A DNA stretch of 64,000 nt, taken from NCBI RefSeq assembly GCF_000372725.1, contig NW_005201192.1, forward strand, positions 186,001 through 250,000, read 5' to 3'. The notes beneath the pieces were generated by a model that did no database searches, was not told the DNA's origin, and saw nothing but the letters and a program-made list of their open reading frames with translations. Source of the DNA: Emiliania huxleyi CCMP1516. Taxonomy: Eukaryota. The stretch's first letter is position 1. The number at the start of each line of letters is the position of its first letter. Positions 36,030 to 47,038 of the stretch are shown piece after piece. A program made the translations under genes and the position numbers.

Positions 36030-36871
36030 GAGATGTAGAGCGCTCTGGAGCGCTGTAGAGCTGTAGAGCTCTACATCCGCCGCGTGACGATGCGCCTCCG
36101 TTGTAGAGCGATGTAGAGGCGCTCTACAACGTGAAATCTCTACAACAAACTCTACATCATAAGCGGCGAACGAGGCACGGTCGCTCTCCGACATGAGGCG
36201 CGTTGCACTTGCCAGTGCTGCCCTGGCCTTCTGTCTGCCCGCCCAATGGGTAGGAGGTGCCTCTGCTGCTGTGGCATGCCTCACGGCTGCGACTGGCCGG
36301 CGCCTCGGGCTCGGCGCGTCAGCTCGGCTCGGCGTAGCGATAGTGGCCAGCGCAACTCGCCTGGACTCAACGCTCAGCCAGGAGCTCCCGCACGCGCTGG
36401 CGCGAGTCATGGCTCATGCAACGCTCAACAATGCTCACCTCGCCTCGCGCAAGTGCGACCGTCCTCGCAGCCGACAGTCCACCGCCTGCTAAAGAAGCAC
36501 AGCGACGAATGCGGCACCGGCGACGCATGGCAGGCTGGTCATGACGCAGTTATAGGGTGTTGTGTGCCGTCGGAGTGACTCTCTGTGTGTCAGGGATAGT
36601 CAGGGCTGTCCATCAGAGCTCCAGTAAGCTCGGAGACACCCCATTAGCGCGGCTCGACCTCTTTGAGTCACTGCCTTGGCGGTTTATTGGCTGTAGAGCC
36701 TCTACAACAAACTCTACAGCAAAATCGCGCTCTCTCTACATCGCTCTACAACGCAGGCGCCTCGTCACGCGGCGGATGTAGAGCTCTACAGCTCTACAGC
36801 GCTCCAGAGCGCTCTACATCTCTACAGCTCTACAGCGCTCTACACTCTACATCCTCTACACCCTCCCTCAG
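36030..36871. mobile_element. TGTAGAG-repeat TIR element, left end truncated
   Basis: Right end ...CTCTACACCCTCCCTCAG followed by GGCGACAC; the left terminal ~50 bp and TSD are missing relative to the copy at 45903-46777. Confidence 0.8.
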
Positions 36872-36931
36872 GGCGACACCGACGAGCGTGGGACTGCCCC
36901 CCCCCCCCCTCTCGCCCGCGTGGTTTTCAAG

Positions 36932-37957
36932 ATGAGGAGCGCGCCTCCGCACGCGACGGTGGCAGCTGCGCGCGGGCTCTGCTTCCTCCCACTGCTCTGC
37001 CGTATGGACCTCCGCGAGCACCTATCGGGGAAACCCATTGGCCCATCTCTCGACGGCACGTCGTCAACAGTGCTCGTGCGCTATATGTACGACGGTGGCT
37101 CCTTGGCACAAGGTCGCCTTTGCCAGTTTGAGCCCTCGAGTGCAGCATCGGCCACCGGCTTGGAGCTGCTCCGCTGCCTCGCAAATGACGGCGTTGACCT
37201 GACGCGGTTCTATGTCTGCGTCTACGAGACGATTGCCTCGAGAGGTTCGTGGATGCCGGTATTGCGCGACGTGGTTGACGCTGACGCCGACGCGAACGAC
37301 GCCGCCGACGCACTCCTTCCTCTGTGCGCCGAGGCGCCTGATGGCTCTCCCGTGGCTCGCCGCATTGACGTCAAACTCTTTCGCCGCGCTGCCGCCTCGT
37401 TCGATGCAGCGCGCGCCGATCAGGCGGCGCAGCCATCGGGGAAGCTTGCAAAAGGCGGATACTTTGGGATCGGTGTAGTTGGCGCGAAGAATCAAGCCAA
37501 CTTGGGCACCCTCTGGCGCTCGGCGTATCAGCTCGGCGCGAGCCTGCTCTTCACAGTCGGCACGCGGTACAAGAACCAGCCCACAGACACGGTGCACGCC
37601 ATCCAGCGCGTCCCGTTCTTCGAACTGGATGACTGGAATGCGTTCGTCGAGACGTGTGCGCCGAAAGGGGCGCTGTGGGTCGCTGTCGAGTTCGGCGGCA
37701 CGCCGCTCTCAGAGTTCGAGCACCCGCCCAACGCCATCTACCTGCTCGGCTCGGAGGACGCGGGCCTGCCGACTTCTGTGCTGCGCGCGTGTCATGCGAC
37801 CGTCTCGCTGGAGTCGGAGAACTATGCATCGTACAACGTGGCCGTGGCGGGCTCGATCCTCATGTACGACCGGTTGGCCAAAGCACGACGCAGGCAAGAG
37901 TCGGCGCGGCTGGGCGTGCGGGGCAAGGGGACGCAGTGGTGGGCTGGAGTGTCGTAG
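36932..37957 (+). CDS. SpoU/TrmH-family RNA 2'-O-methyltransferase with N-terminal extension, copy 1, intronless
   Basis: GYFGIGVVGAKNQANLGTLWRSAYQLGA; FEHPPNAIYLLGSEDAGLP; SYNVAVAGSILMYDR. Confidence 0.9.
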   Translation: MRSAPPHATVAAARGLCFLPLLCRMDLREHLSGKPIGPSLDGTSSTVLVRYMYDGGSLAQGRLCQFEPSSAASATGLELLRCLANDGVDLTRFYVCVYETIASRGSWMPVLRDVVDADADANDAADALLPLCAEAPDGSPVARRIDVKLFRRAAASFDAARADQAAQPSGKLAKGGYFGIGVVGAKNQANLGTLWRSAYQLGASLLFTVGTRYKNQPTDTVHAIQRVPFFELDDWNAFVETCAPKGALWVAVEFGGTPLSEFEHPPNAIYLLGSEDAGLPTSVLRACHATVSLESENYASYNVAVAGSILMYDRLAKARRRQESARLGVRGKGTQWWAGVS

Positions 37958-38415
37958 CCGGAGATGCGCTGCAAATCATTTGTGTGCGATGTACCTCTTT
38001 TTTCACTCAGGAGCCCGCCGGTCGCGTGTTGCGCCTCCCCAGGCCGTGCCGCAGGCGGCAGCCTCTGGGGTCCCTGCGCGTGCGCCTGGGGTGCCCCTGC
38101 TGCACGGCTTCGAGACGGCGCCCCTCGTGTCCAGCGGTTGCCGGTTCGCGGTTGGGTCCACCGACTTGGATCTTGGTCTTGGACCTTGCCCAGAGCATGC
38201 AGGCCCCGCACGAGGGGCGCGTGGCAGCGTCTCAGTGGCGTCTCTCGCCGCTCGCGAGCGTTGTTTGGGAGAAAGAGGGTGCACTACATCGATGGCGTAT
38301 ATAGAGCGTACGTCAAATCAAAGGTCACGGGGGCGGGGGGGGAGGCTTTCGATCCCCCCTCCCAACGAATGCAAGCGGGGCCCCTCGCAGCGAGGGGTAG
38401 GCGGGCCAACGGCGC

Positions 38416-39184
38416 TCACTCGTTCTCCTCGGACTTGAGCTTGGCGCCGCCGTTGAGCACCTTGATGTTCAGCTGCGCCGCACGCTCCACAATCTCCTTG
38501 CGCTTGCGCGCAGAGACATTGTGCGCAATCTCCGCCGCATACCTGCAAGGGGATGAGGGGCGATAGCGTTGGATGGCGCGCTGGGTTGAGGGGCGGAGCG
38601 CTGCAAGGCGGATGCGGCGGTGGCAGGGCGGGAGAGCAGGGTTGAGCGAGGCGCCGCGGCGAGGAGGGGAGGGGAGCCGAGCAGCGGCCGGGTGGGGGGG
38701 GGGGGGGCACCGGCGGTTCTGCATCAGAAGGACGTCGAGCTCCTTGACGGTGCTCACGGTGAATTTGTAGAAGCCGCCGGGCAGCATGTGGCGCGTCTTC
38801 TTGTCCGAGCCGTAGCCCACATTCACAAGGAGCGTCAGGCCCTTGAACCTGCAAGAGGGCAGCCGGCCGAGGCTCACCACAAGCAGCGCAACAGAGCACG
38901 GCGGCCGTCGCGTGCGAGGGCGCAGCAGCTGCGGAGTCGGCACTGCCGCCGCGGCCCGGCTCCCAGCGCTGGCATGCTGCGGCGACAGCCCGCCCTCCCC
39001 GACGCAGCGAGCTTCAGCGCGGCGGGCTGGCAGGGTCTCTGCGCCTGCGCCGCTGCCGCGAGTCGATACCGCGGGGCTTCCTCCAGCTCTCCTTGACCTT
39101 GACAAACTCGTCGGACTGGTGACGCTTGAACTTGTTGGTCTTCTTCTTGACGATCTTCTTGTGCGGCAGCGGCACGGGAGCCAT
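38416..39184 (-). CDS. RPL32: 60S ribosomal protein L32 (eL32), copy 1, 3 exons
   Basis: [17 protein letters not shown]...[15 protein letters not shown]...[16 protein letters not shown]...[24 protein letters not shown]. Confidence 0.97.
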
Positions 39185-39434
39185 CGCAGCAGCGCAGAGC
39201 GACTGCGGCAGAGAGAGAGACGGCATCTCTCAGAGGACGCACAGCGCCAGCGGTGCGCGGCAAGCGCCGCCACCGGACGAGAACAGAGCAACAGAGGGGG
39301 ACGGCGGCACAGTGTGTGGGACAGGGGGCTTGGGCTTCCGGGTGGGCGCAGCGGCAGAGCAGCCACCCTGGAGAGGCTGCCTCGCGCAAGACAGAAAAGA
39401 ATTCCGTCTGCTCCTCGACACTAGGATCCCTCGC

Positions 39435-39662
39435 CTGGTCTGGCCGATTCTTTTCGCGGTAACGTATCCGCGGGATATGGCGGGATATGGCGGGATATAT
39501 GGCGGGATACCGCGGGATACCGCGGGATACCGGGAGATACCGGGAGATAAGAGATACGGGGAGATACGGGGAGATACGGGGAGATGCGAGAAGATGCGAG
39601 GAGATGCGGGGGAGATACGGGGAGATAGGGGGAGATACCGCAAAAGAATCGGCCAGACCAGG
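39435..39662. repeat. Small foldback element upstream of RPL32: inverted arms enclosing a GGGAGATAC/GGGATAT tandem array
   Basis: CCTGGTCTGGCCGATTCTTTT..GCGGTA ... TACCGCAAAAGAATCGGCCAGACCAGG; mirrored at ~43094-43327. Confidence 0.75.
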
Positions 39663-40432
39663 GCTACTGGGCGTGGGACTGGCACTAACACAGACAAAAT
39701 CTCTCTCTCTAAACTTAATTCCCAAGGCGCAAGGGAGTACAGGTCCCGGCTTCGGTTTCGCAACAGCTTCGTTTTCACAACACGGCCGCCTCGAGACGCC
39801 GCGCCGTCGTGCAATTCGTGCCCGAGCCGTCCACAAGGCCGCCGGCACATTTGCCAATGTGCCCGGAGCGCAGGGAGTCGATGGGGAGGCGGTGCCCGGT
39901 GCCGAACCTGTCCGCTGTCGGACCTAGACAGCGTTGTAAATCCCTGGGCGAGGGTGGTGGCGTCCCCGTCGGGTCGGATTGCAGTCATTAACCTCACACC
40001 CATGGCGGGGAGCTAAGAAGCGCACCCAGCGGGCCGGATGCTCGGGGGCGGGCTTACGCAAGAGAGCCCTAAGCGCCGAGGGGGATGCGCGGTCGCAGGG
40101 AAGGGGCCGTAAAGTAAAGACGGGTGTCCGAGGGTTGGCCCCGCGTACCGGGTTTCCCCTTAACTGCAGGGGGACGCCCCCTCTACCCGGAGCTAATGGA
40201 CACGACACTGTACACCACTCACCTCTACGCAGACACTTCATACATAGACCTCCGTCCGTCTCGGGGTTCACCACCCGTCAAAAGAAAGCAAGCAGACAGC
40301 ACAGACAACCCAAGGGAGGGATGGGAGGACGGCACGCCGCCACCACACGGGGATTTTAAGGAGAGGAGTGTGGTGCTAGCCATCACCCCCTAACACTAGA
40401 GAAAATTTTTCTTTTTTCTCGCTCCGGATGTA

Positions 40433-41963
40433 ATGGCTACCACCGCCGTCTCGAGCATCACAACTCCGCGCCTCCTCCTCCGACCATTCGCACGCTCTGA
40501 CACTGCCGCGATTGCCAGCCACTGCGGTGACCTCCGCGTCGCGCGCATGTGCCGTGTGGTGCCTCACCCGTACGGCATCGCCGAGGCGGAGTTCTTCGTG
40601 GACCAGGTCTGCTCGCGCGCTGACGGGAGGATTTACGCGATCGTGCTCGGCGGCCACGTTGTCGGCTGTGTCGGCCTCGAGTCCATCAGCGGCGAGAGCG
40701 CGACGCTGGGCTACTGGTCGCTCGCTTCTCTCGCGGCCCGTCGAGGCCGAGAGACGTCTCATGCTCTCGCCCCGCTCGCATAGGCTCGGCGCCGAAACTT
40801 GGGGACTGGGCGTGGCGACGGAGGCGGCGGGCGCGCTGATCGACCATGCCTTTGGTGGGCTGCTGGACGGCCTCGAGCGCATCGAGAGCGGCTACTGGTC
40901 GGAGAACGTCGGGTCGGCCAAGGTGCAGTCAAAGCTCGGCTTCAGCCTGCTTGGGCGCGGCCCGCTGCTCTGCCTCGCGCGCGGCTGCGAGCTCGAGCAG
41001 CAGTACACGCGCCTGACGCGACTCGAGTGGCACCGCAGGAGGGTCGCGCCGCCGCCTCCGATGTCCGCCTTCGAGCTGCTCGCCTCCTTCCCGCAAGGCC
41101 TGCCGCTGGGCCAGCTGAAGGCGGTCTGCACGCCGGCGGCGGACCGCGCCGCCTTCGAGGGCGACGAGACCGCCATCGAGGCGGTGTGGCGGGCGCGCCG
41201 CGCCAGTCAGCCCTCGCTCTTCAACGGGGCAAAGTTCCGGTTCGTGGGCGTCGAGGGCGGCACCGGCGTGGAGGGCGGCGGCGAGGGCGGGGTGGAGGCG
41301 AGGAGCGCGAGCGTGGTGCTCGGCCTGACGGACTACCGCTCCTTCCTCGGCACCAACTGCGCCGAGTCGTGGCGTGCGCTGCCGCCGGCGTGCCTCGCCT
41401 CGCCGCTCGGCAACGCGGCGGTCGTACGGACGAGCGACGGGTGCGTGGTGCTGCTGCGGCGGAGCGGCGACGTGGGCGAGTGCCCGGACACGTGCGTCAT
41501 GCCGGGGGGGCACCCGGAGCCCGAAGGCATCGGCGTGGCCAGCTTGGAGGAGTGGCGCGGCGAGCGTGGCGCGAAGGCGCGCGCAGCCCCGGGCTGGTGC
41601 GAGGGCGTGGCGCGCGAGCTGTACGAGGCGATGACGCGCGAGGTGGTCGAGGAGACTGGCATCCCCCCCGCCGACCTCTCTCCGCCGCTCTGCCTCGGCT
41701 TCTCGCGGCGCGTGCTCCACCACCGCCCCGACATCATTTTCCTCATCGAGTGCCGCCTCGATAGCGCCGCCGTCGCCGAGGTGTACCGGACGGCGACCGG
41801 CGTGCACCGCGACGAGTCGACCGCGATCGAGCTCGTCCCCCAGCAAGAGCTGCTGCGGCGCGCTCTCGACGAGGCGGCGCTGAACATGCCCGGCTGCCAC
41901 CTCGGAGGGCTGGCGCTGTTCCGGAAGCACCGCGAGGCCACAGGCACAGCTCGTACAAGCTAG
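40433..41963 (+). CDS. RimJ/RimL GNAT acetyltransferase fused to a NUDT22-like Nudix hydrolase (one intron ~40717-40783)
   Basis: GNAT part: ITTPRLLLRPF...VPHPY...LGYW|LGAETWGLGVATEAA...ENVGSAKVQSKLGF. In frame after it: WRARRASQPSLFNGAKFRF, LGLTDYRSFLGTN, LASPLG, PGGHPEP, REVVEETGI. Confidence 0.85.
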
Positions 41964-42368
41964 CATCGGACTTTTGTTCGTAGCTGCTCCATGTTCTTGT
42001 CGCCGCTGATTGCGCGCGACAGCGCTCGAGCAGCATCAGAGTCGAGGGAGGCAGTTGTGCTTTTCTGTGTTCCTGCGGATTTGGAGCACCATTGTGGAGT
42101 GCGGTGTCATTAGCCTCACATCCAGGCCGCGGGGAGCTTAGAAGCGCACTCCCCAGCGGGCTGGATGATCGGGATAGCGCAAAACAGACTAGCGCCGAGG
42201 GTGACTGTCGTCCTCACGATGGGGGGGACTAGCACTAGCCGTCTTCCACACGGTCCCTCGGGTCCCTGCTGCTCCTAATCTCTTCAACTTCATACAGCCT
42301 CCCTCAAGATACACTCGCGGCATACATTATTGCCCTCGCTCGTCCCGGGGTCCCCCGAGCCCCGTCCT

Positions 42369-42530
42369 CTGAGGGCGGGTGTAGAGGGATCCTGTAGAGT
42401 GTGTAGAGCGCTGTAGAGCTGTAGAGATGTAGAGCCGTGCCGAGCTCGAGAGCTCTGCAGCGCTCTACATCTCTACATCCCTGCAGCTCAACAGCGCTCT
42501 ACACCCTACATCCTCTACACCCTCCCTCAG
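42369..42530. mobile_element. 162-bp MITE (TGTAGAG family) with 8-bp TSD CCCGTCCT
   Basis: CTGAGGGCGGGTGTAGAGG...CCTCTACACCCTCCCTCAG; CCCGTCCT at 42361-42368 and 42531-42538. Confidence 0.9.
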
Positions 42531-43568
42531 CCCGTCCTCCGCCTCCTCCCAGGGCAAGCCCCCGTCCTGGCTCGCTCGCTGACTCACGTTTCGAGCGTTG
42601 TCGGACTTCCTTACCGAAATCTTTTCTGGGGTACCTTTGTTAGTGCCAGTGCGCCCCAGTCCCGTGCCTATGTGTTGTGAGAGAGAGATTCTAAAATTCT
42701 TTTCTGTCCGCAGTCCGTGCCAGTCTGCTGTGAGAGGGGCTGACGGTTAGAATTCTTTTCTGTCTTGGAGGAGCGAGGCCCCCTCTGAGCTCTGTGCGCT
42801 GCCTCTGCCGCTGTAAGCTCGGGCGACGACGGCTTACCGCTCCCGCCTCCCGGGCCCTCGGCACCTCCCGCTTGAACCAGGCTTGAACCCGTGAAGCTTC
42901 CCCGTGCAGGGCCAAGGGTTCATGACAACTTGCAAACTTGCTGCTTTCCGTTCGGGAAATGGAGCCTTCTCCTTCTGACAACGAATGTGAGGCTCCACAT
43001 TTGCGACGGAGAGGTATACTCCCTTGGGAATTATGTTGCGTCGGGAATTCTTTTCTGTGTTCCTGTGTTAGTGCCAGTTCCACGCCCAGTAGCCCTGGTC
43101 TGGCCGATTCTTTTGCGGTATCTCCCTCTATCTCCCCCTATCTCCCCGCATCTCCCCCGCATCTCCTCGCATCTTCTCGCATCTCCCCGTATCTCCCCGT
43201 ATCTCCCCGTATCTCTTATCTCCCGGTATCTCCCGGTATCCCGCGGTATCCCGCGGTATCCCGCCATATATCCCGCCATATCCCGCCATATCCCGCGGAT
43301 ACCGCGAAAAGAATCGGCCAGACCAGGCGAGGGATCCTAGTGTCGAGGGGGAGACGGAATTCTTTTCTGTCTTGCGCGAGGCAGCCTCTCCAGGGTGGCT
43401 GCTCTGCCGCTGCGCCCACCCGGAAGCCCAAGCCCCCTGTCCCACACACTGTGCCGCCGTCCCCCTCTGTTCTCGTCCGGTGGCGGCGCTTGCCGCGCAC
43501 CGCTGGCGCTGTGCGTCCTCTGAGAGATGCCGTCTCTCTCTCTGCCGCAGTCGCTCTGCGCTGCTGCG

Positions 43569-44336
43569 ATGGCTCCCGTGCCGCTGCCGCACAAGAAGAT
43601 CGTCAAGAAGAAGACCAACAAGTTCAAGCGTCACCAGTCCGACGAGTTTGTCAAGGTCAAGGAGAGCTGGAGGAAGCCCCGCGGTATCGACTCGCGGCAG
43701 CGGCGCAGGCGCAGAGACCCTGCCAGCCCGCCGCGCTGAAGCTCGCTGCGTCGGGGAGGGCGGGCTGTCGCCGCAGCATGCCAGCGCTGGGAGCCGGGCC
43801 GCGGCGGCAGTGCCGACTCCGCAGCTGCTGCGCCCTCGCACGCGACGGCCGCCGTGCTCTGTTGCGCTGCTTGTGGTGAGCCTCGGCCGGCTGCCCTCTT
43901 GCAGGTTCAAGGGCCTGACGCTCCTTGTGAATGTGGGCTACGGCTCGGACAAGAAGACGCGCCACATGCTGCCCGGCGGCTTCTACAAATTCACCGTGAG
44001 CACCGTCAAGGAGCTCGACGTCCTTCTGATGCAGAACCGCCGGTGCCCCCCCCCCCCCACCCGGCCGCTGCTCGGCTCCCCTCCCCTCCTCGCCGCGGCG
44101 CCTCGCTCAACCCTGCTCTCCCGCCCTGCCACCGCCGCATCCGCCTTGCAGCGCTCCGCCCCTCAACCCAGCGCGCCATCCAACGCTATCGCCCCTCATC
44201 CCCTTGCAGGTATGCGGCGGAGATTGCGCACAATGTCTCTGCGCGCAAGCGCAAGGAGATTGTGGAGCGTGCGGCGCAGCTGAACATCAAGGTGCTCAAC
44301 GGCGGCGCCAAGCTCAAGTCCGAGGAGAACGAGTGA
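43569..44336 (+). CDS. RPL32: 60S ribosomal protein L32 (eL32), copy 2
   Basis: Inverted duplicate of 38416-39184 with the same exons. Confidence 0.97.
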
Positions 44337-44807
44337 GCGCCGTTGGCCCGCCTACCCCTCGCTGCGAGGGGCCCCGCTTGCATTCGTTGGGAGGGGGGAT
44401 CGAAAGCCTCCCCCCCCGCCCCCGTGACCTTTGATTTGACGTACGCTCTATATACGCCATCGATGTAGTGCACCCTCTTTCTCCCAAACAACGCTCGCGA
44501 GCGGCGAGAGACGCCACTGAGACGCTGCCACGCGCCCCTCGTGCGGGGCCTGCATGCTCTGGGGGCAAGGTCCAAGACTCTTCCAAGACCACAAGAGTTT
44601 CCGCGGTGGACCCAACCGGCAAAAGCCAAAACCGCTCGACACGAGGGGCCGTCTCGAAGCCGTGCAGCAGGGGCACCCCAGGCGCACGCGCAGGGACCCC
44701 AGAGGCTGCCGCCTGCGGCACGGCCTGGGGAGGCGCAACACGCGACCGGCGGGCTCCTGTGAAAAAAGAGGTACATCGCACAAATGATTTGTGCAGCGCA
44801 TCTCCGG

Positions 44808-45833
44808 CTACGACACTCCAGCCGACCACTGCGTCCCCTTGCCCCGCACGCCCAGCCGCGCCGACTCTTGCCTGCGTCGTGCTTTGGCCAACCGGTCGTA
44901 CATGAGGATCGAGCCCGCCACGGCCACGTTGTACGATGCATAGTTCTCCGACTCCAGCGAGACGGTCGCATGACACGCGCGCAGCACAGAAGTCGGCAGG
45001 CCCGCGTCCTCCGAGCCGAGCAGGTAGATGGCGTTGGGCGGGTGCTCGAACTCTGAGAGCGGCGTGCCGCCGAACTCGACAGCGACCCACAGCGCCCCTT
45101 TCGGCGCACACGTCTCGACGAACGCATTCCAGTCATCCAGTTCTAAGAACGGGACGCGCTGGATGGCGTGCACCGTGTCTGTGGGCTGGTTCTTGTACCG
45201 CGTGCCGACTGTGAAGAGCAGGCTCGCGCCGAGCTGATACGCCGAGCGCCAGAGGGTGCCCAAGTTGGCTTGATTCTTCGCGCCAACTACACCGATCCCA
45301 AAGTATCCGCCTTTTGCAAGCTTCCCCGATGGCTGCGCCGCCTGATCGGCGCGCGCTGCATCGAACGAGGCGGCAGCGCGGCGAAAGAGTTTGACGTCAA
45401 TGCGGCGAGCCACGGGAGAGCCATCAGGCGCCTCGGCGCACAGAGGAAGGAGTGCGTCGGCGGCGTCGTTCGCGTCGGCGTCAGCGTCAACCACGTCGCG
45501 CAATACCGGCATCCACGAACCTCTCGAGGCAATCGTCTCGTAGACGCAGACATAGAACCGCGTCAGGTCAACGCCGTCATTTGCGAGGCAGCGGAGCAGC
45601 TCCAAGCCGGTGGCCGATGCTGCACTCGAGGGCTCAAACTGGCAAAGGCGACCTTGTGCCAAGGAGCCACCGTCGTACATATAGCGCACGAGCACTGTTG
45701 ACGACGTGCCGTCGAGAGATGGGCCAATGGGTTTCCCCGATAGGTGCTCGCGGAGGTCCATACGGCAGAGCAGTGGGAGGAAGCAGAGCCCGCGCGCAGC
45801 TGCCACCGTCGCGTGCGGAGGCGCGCTCCTCAT
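44808..45833 (-). CDS. SpoU/TrmH-family RNA methyltransferase, copy 2
   Basis: Inverted duplicate of 36932-37957; differs at PFF/PFL and QWW/QWS. Confidence 0.9.
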   Translation of the reverse strand: MRSAPPHATVAAARGLCFLPLLCRMDLREHLSGKPIGPSLDGTSSTVLVRYMYDGGSLAQGRLCQFEPSSAASATGLELLRCLANDGVDLTRFYVCVYETIASRGSWMPVLRDVVDADADANDAADALLPLCAEAPDGSPVARRIDVKLFRRAAASFDAARADQAAQPSGKLAKGGYFGIGVVGAKNQANLGTLWRSAYQLGASLLFTVGTRYKNQPTDTVHAIQRVPFLELDDWNAFVETCAPKGALWVAVEFGGTPLSEFEHPPNAIYLLGSEDAGLPTSVLRACHATVSLESENYASYNVAVAGSILMYDRLAKARRRQESARLGVRGKGTQWSAGVS

Positions 45834-45902
45834 CGGATCCCTCATCTTGAAACCACGCGGGCGAGAGGCGGGGTGGGCAGTCCCACGCTCGTCGGTGTCG
45901 CC

Positions 45903-46777
45903 CTGAGGGAGGGCGGAGGGTGTAGAGGATGTAGAGTGTAGAGCGCTGTAGAGCTGTAGAGATGTAGAGCGCTCTGGAGCGCTGTAGAGCTGTAGAGCTC
46001 TACATCCGCCGCGTGACGAGGCGCCTGCGTTGTAGAGCGATGTAGAGCGCGATTTTGCTGTAGAGTTTGTTGTAGAGGCTCTACAGCCAAACCGCCAAGG
46101 CAGTGACTCAAAGAGGTCGAGCCGCGCTAATGGGGTGTCTCCGAGCTTACTGGAGCTCTGATGGACAGCCCTGACTATCCCTGACACACAGAGAGTCACT
46201 CCGACGGCACACAACACCCTATAACTGCGTCATGACCAGCCTGCCATGTGTCGCCGGTGCCGCATTCGTCGCTGTGCTTCTTTAGCAGGCGGTGGACTGT
46301 CGGCTGCGAGGACGGTCGCATTTGCGCGAGGCGAGGGGATCATTGTTGAGCGTTGCATGAGCCATGACTCGCGCCAGCGCGTGCGGGAGCTCCTGGCTGA
46401 GCGTTGAGTCCAGGCGAGTTGCGCTGGCCACGATCGCTACGCCGAGCCGAGCTGACGCGCCGAGGCGCCGGCCAGTCGCAGCCGTGAGGCATGCCACAGC
46501 AGCAGAGGCACCTCCTACCCATTGGGCGGGCAGACAGAAGGCCAGGGCAGCACTGGCAAGTGCAACGCGCCTCATGTCGGAGAGCGACCGTGCCTCGTTC
46601 GCCGCTTATGATGTAGAGTTTGTTGTAGAGATTTCACGTTGTAGAGCGCCTCTACATCGCTCTACAACGGAGGCGCATCGTCACGCGGTGGATGTAGAGC
46701 TCTACAGCTCTACAGCGCTCTCCAGCTCTACAGCTCTACAGCGCTCTACACTCTACATCCTCTACACCCTCCCTCAG
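45903..46777. mobile_element. 875-bp non-autonomous TIR element (TGTAGAG family) with 8-bp TSD GTGTCGCC
   Basis: Long inverted ends CTGAGGGAGGG..TGTAGAGGATGTAGAGTGTAGAGCGCTGTAGAG; GTGTCGCC at 45895-45902 and 46778-46785. Confidence 0.9.
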
Positions 46778-46928
46778 GTGTCGCCACCGCGGCTGCGGGG
46801 TTGATAGCAGGCCGGCTGCGGCTCCTGATGTACCTCCGCTTTTGGGTGGCGGTCGCGCGCTGCCGACGGCGCTCGCCGGCGTTCGCGGCGCTGCGGCGCT
46901 CGCGGCGCGCTCGTGGCGTTCAGGGCGG

Positions 46929-47038
<110 letters not shown>

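Noticed and set aside
40050..40080. AGCCCTAAGCG matches part of the pistol ribozyme consensus
   Set aside because: The upstream pseudoknot partner and AUA junction are absent, and GCCC is instead paired in a local GCAA hairpin
39920..40120. Possible SRP RNA (TGTAA Alu-like motif)
   Set aside because: No conserved helix-8 CAGG-GNRA-AGCAG motif was found
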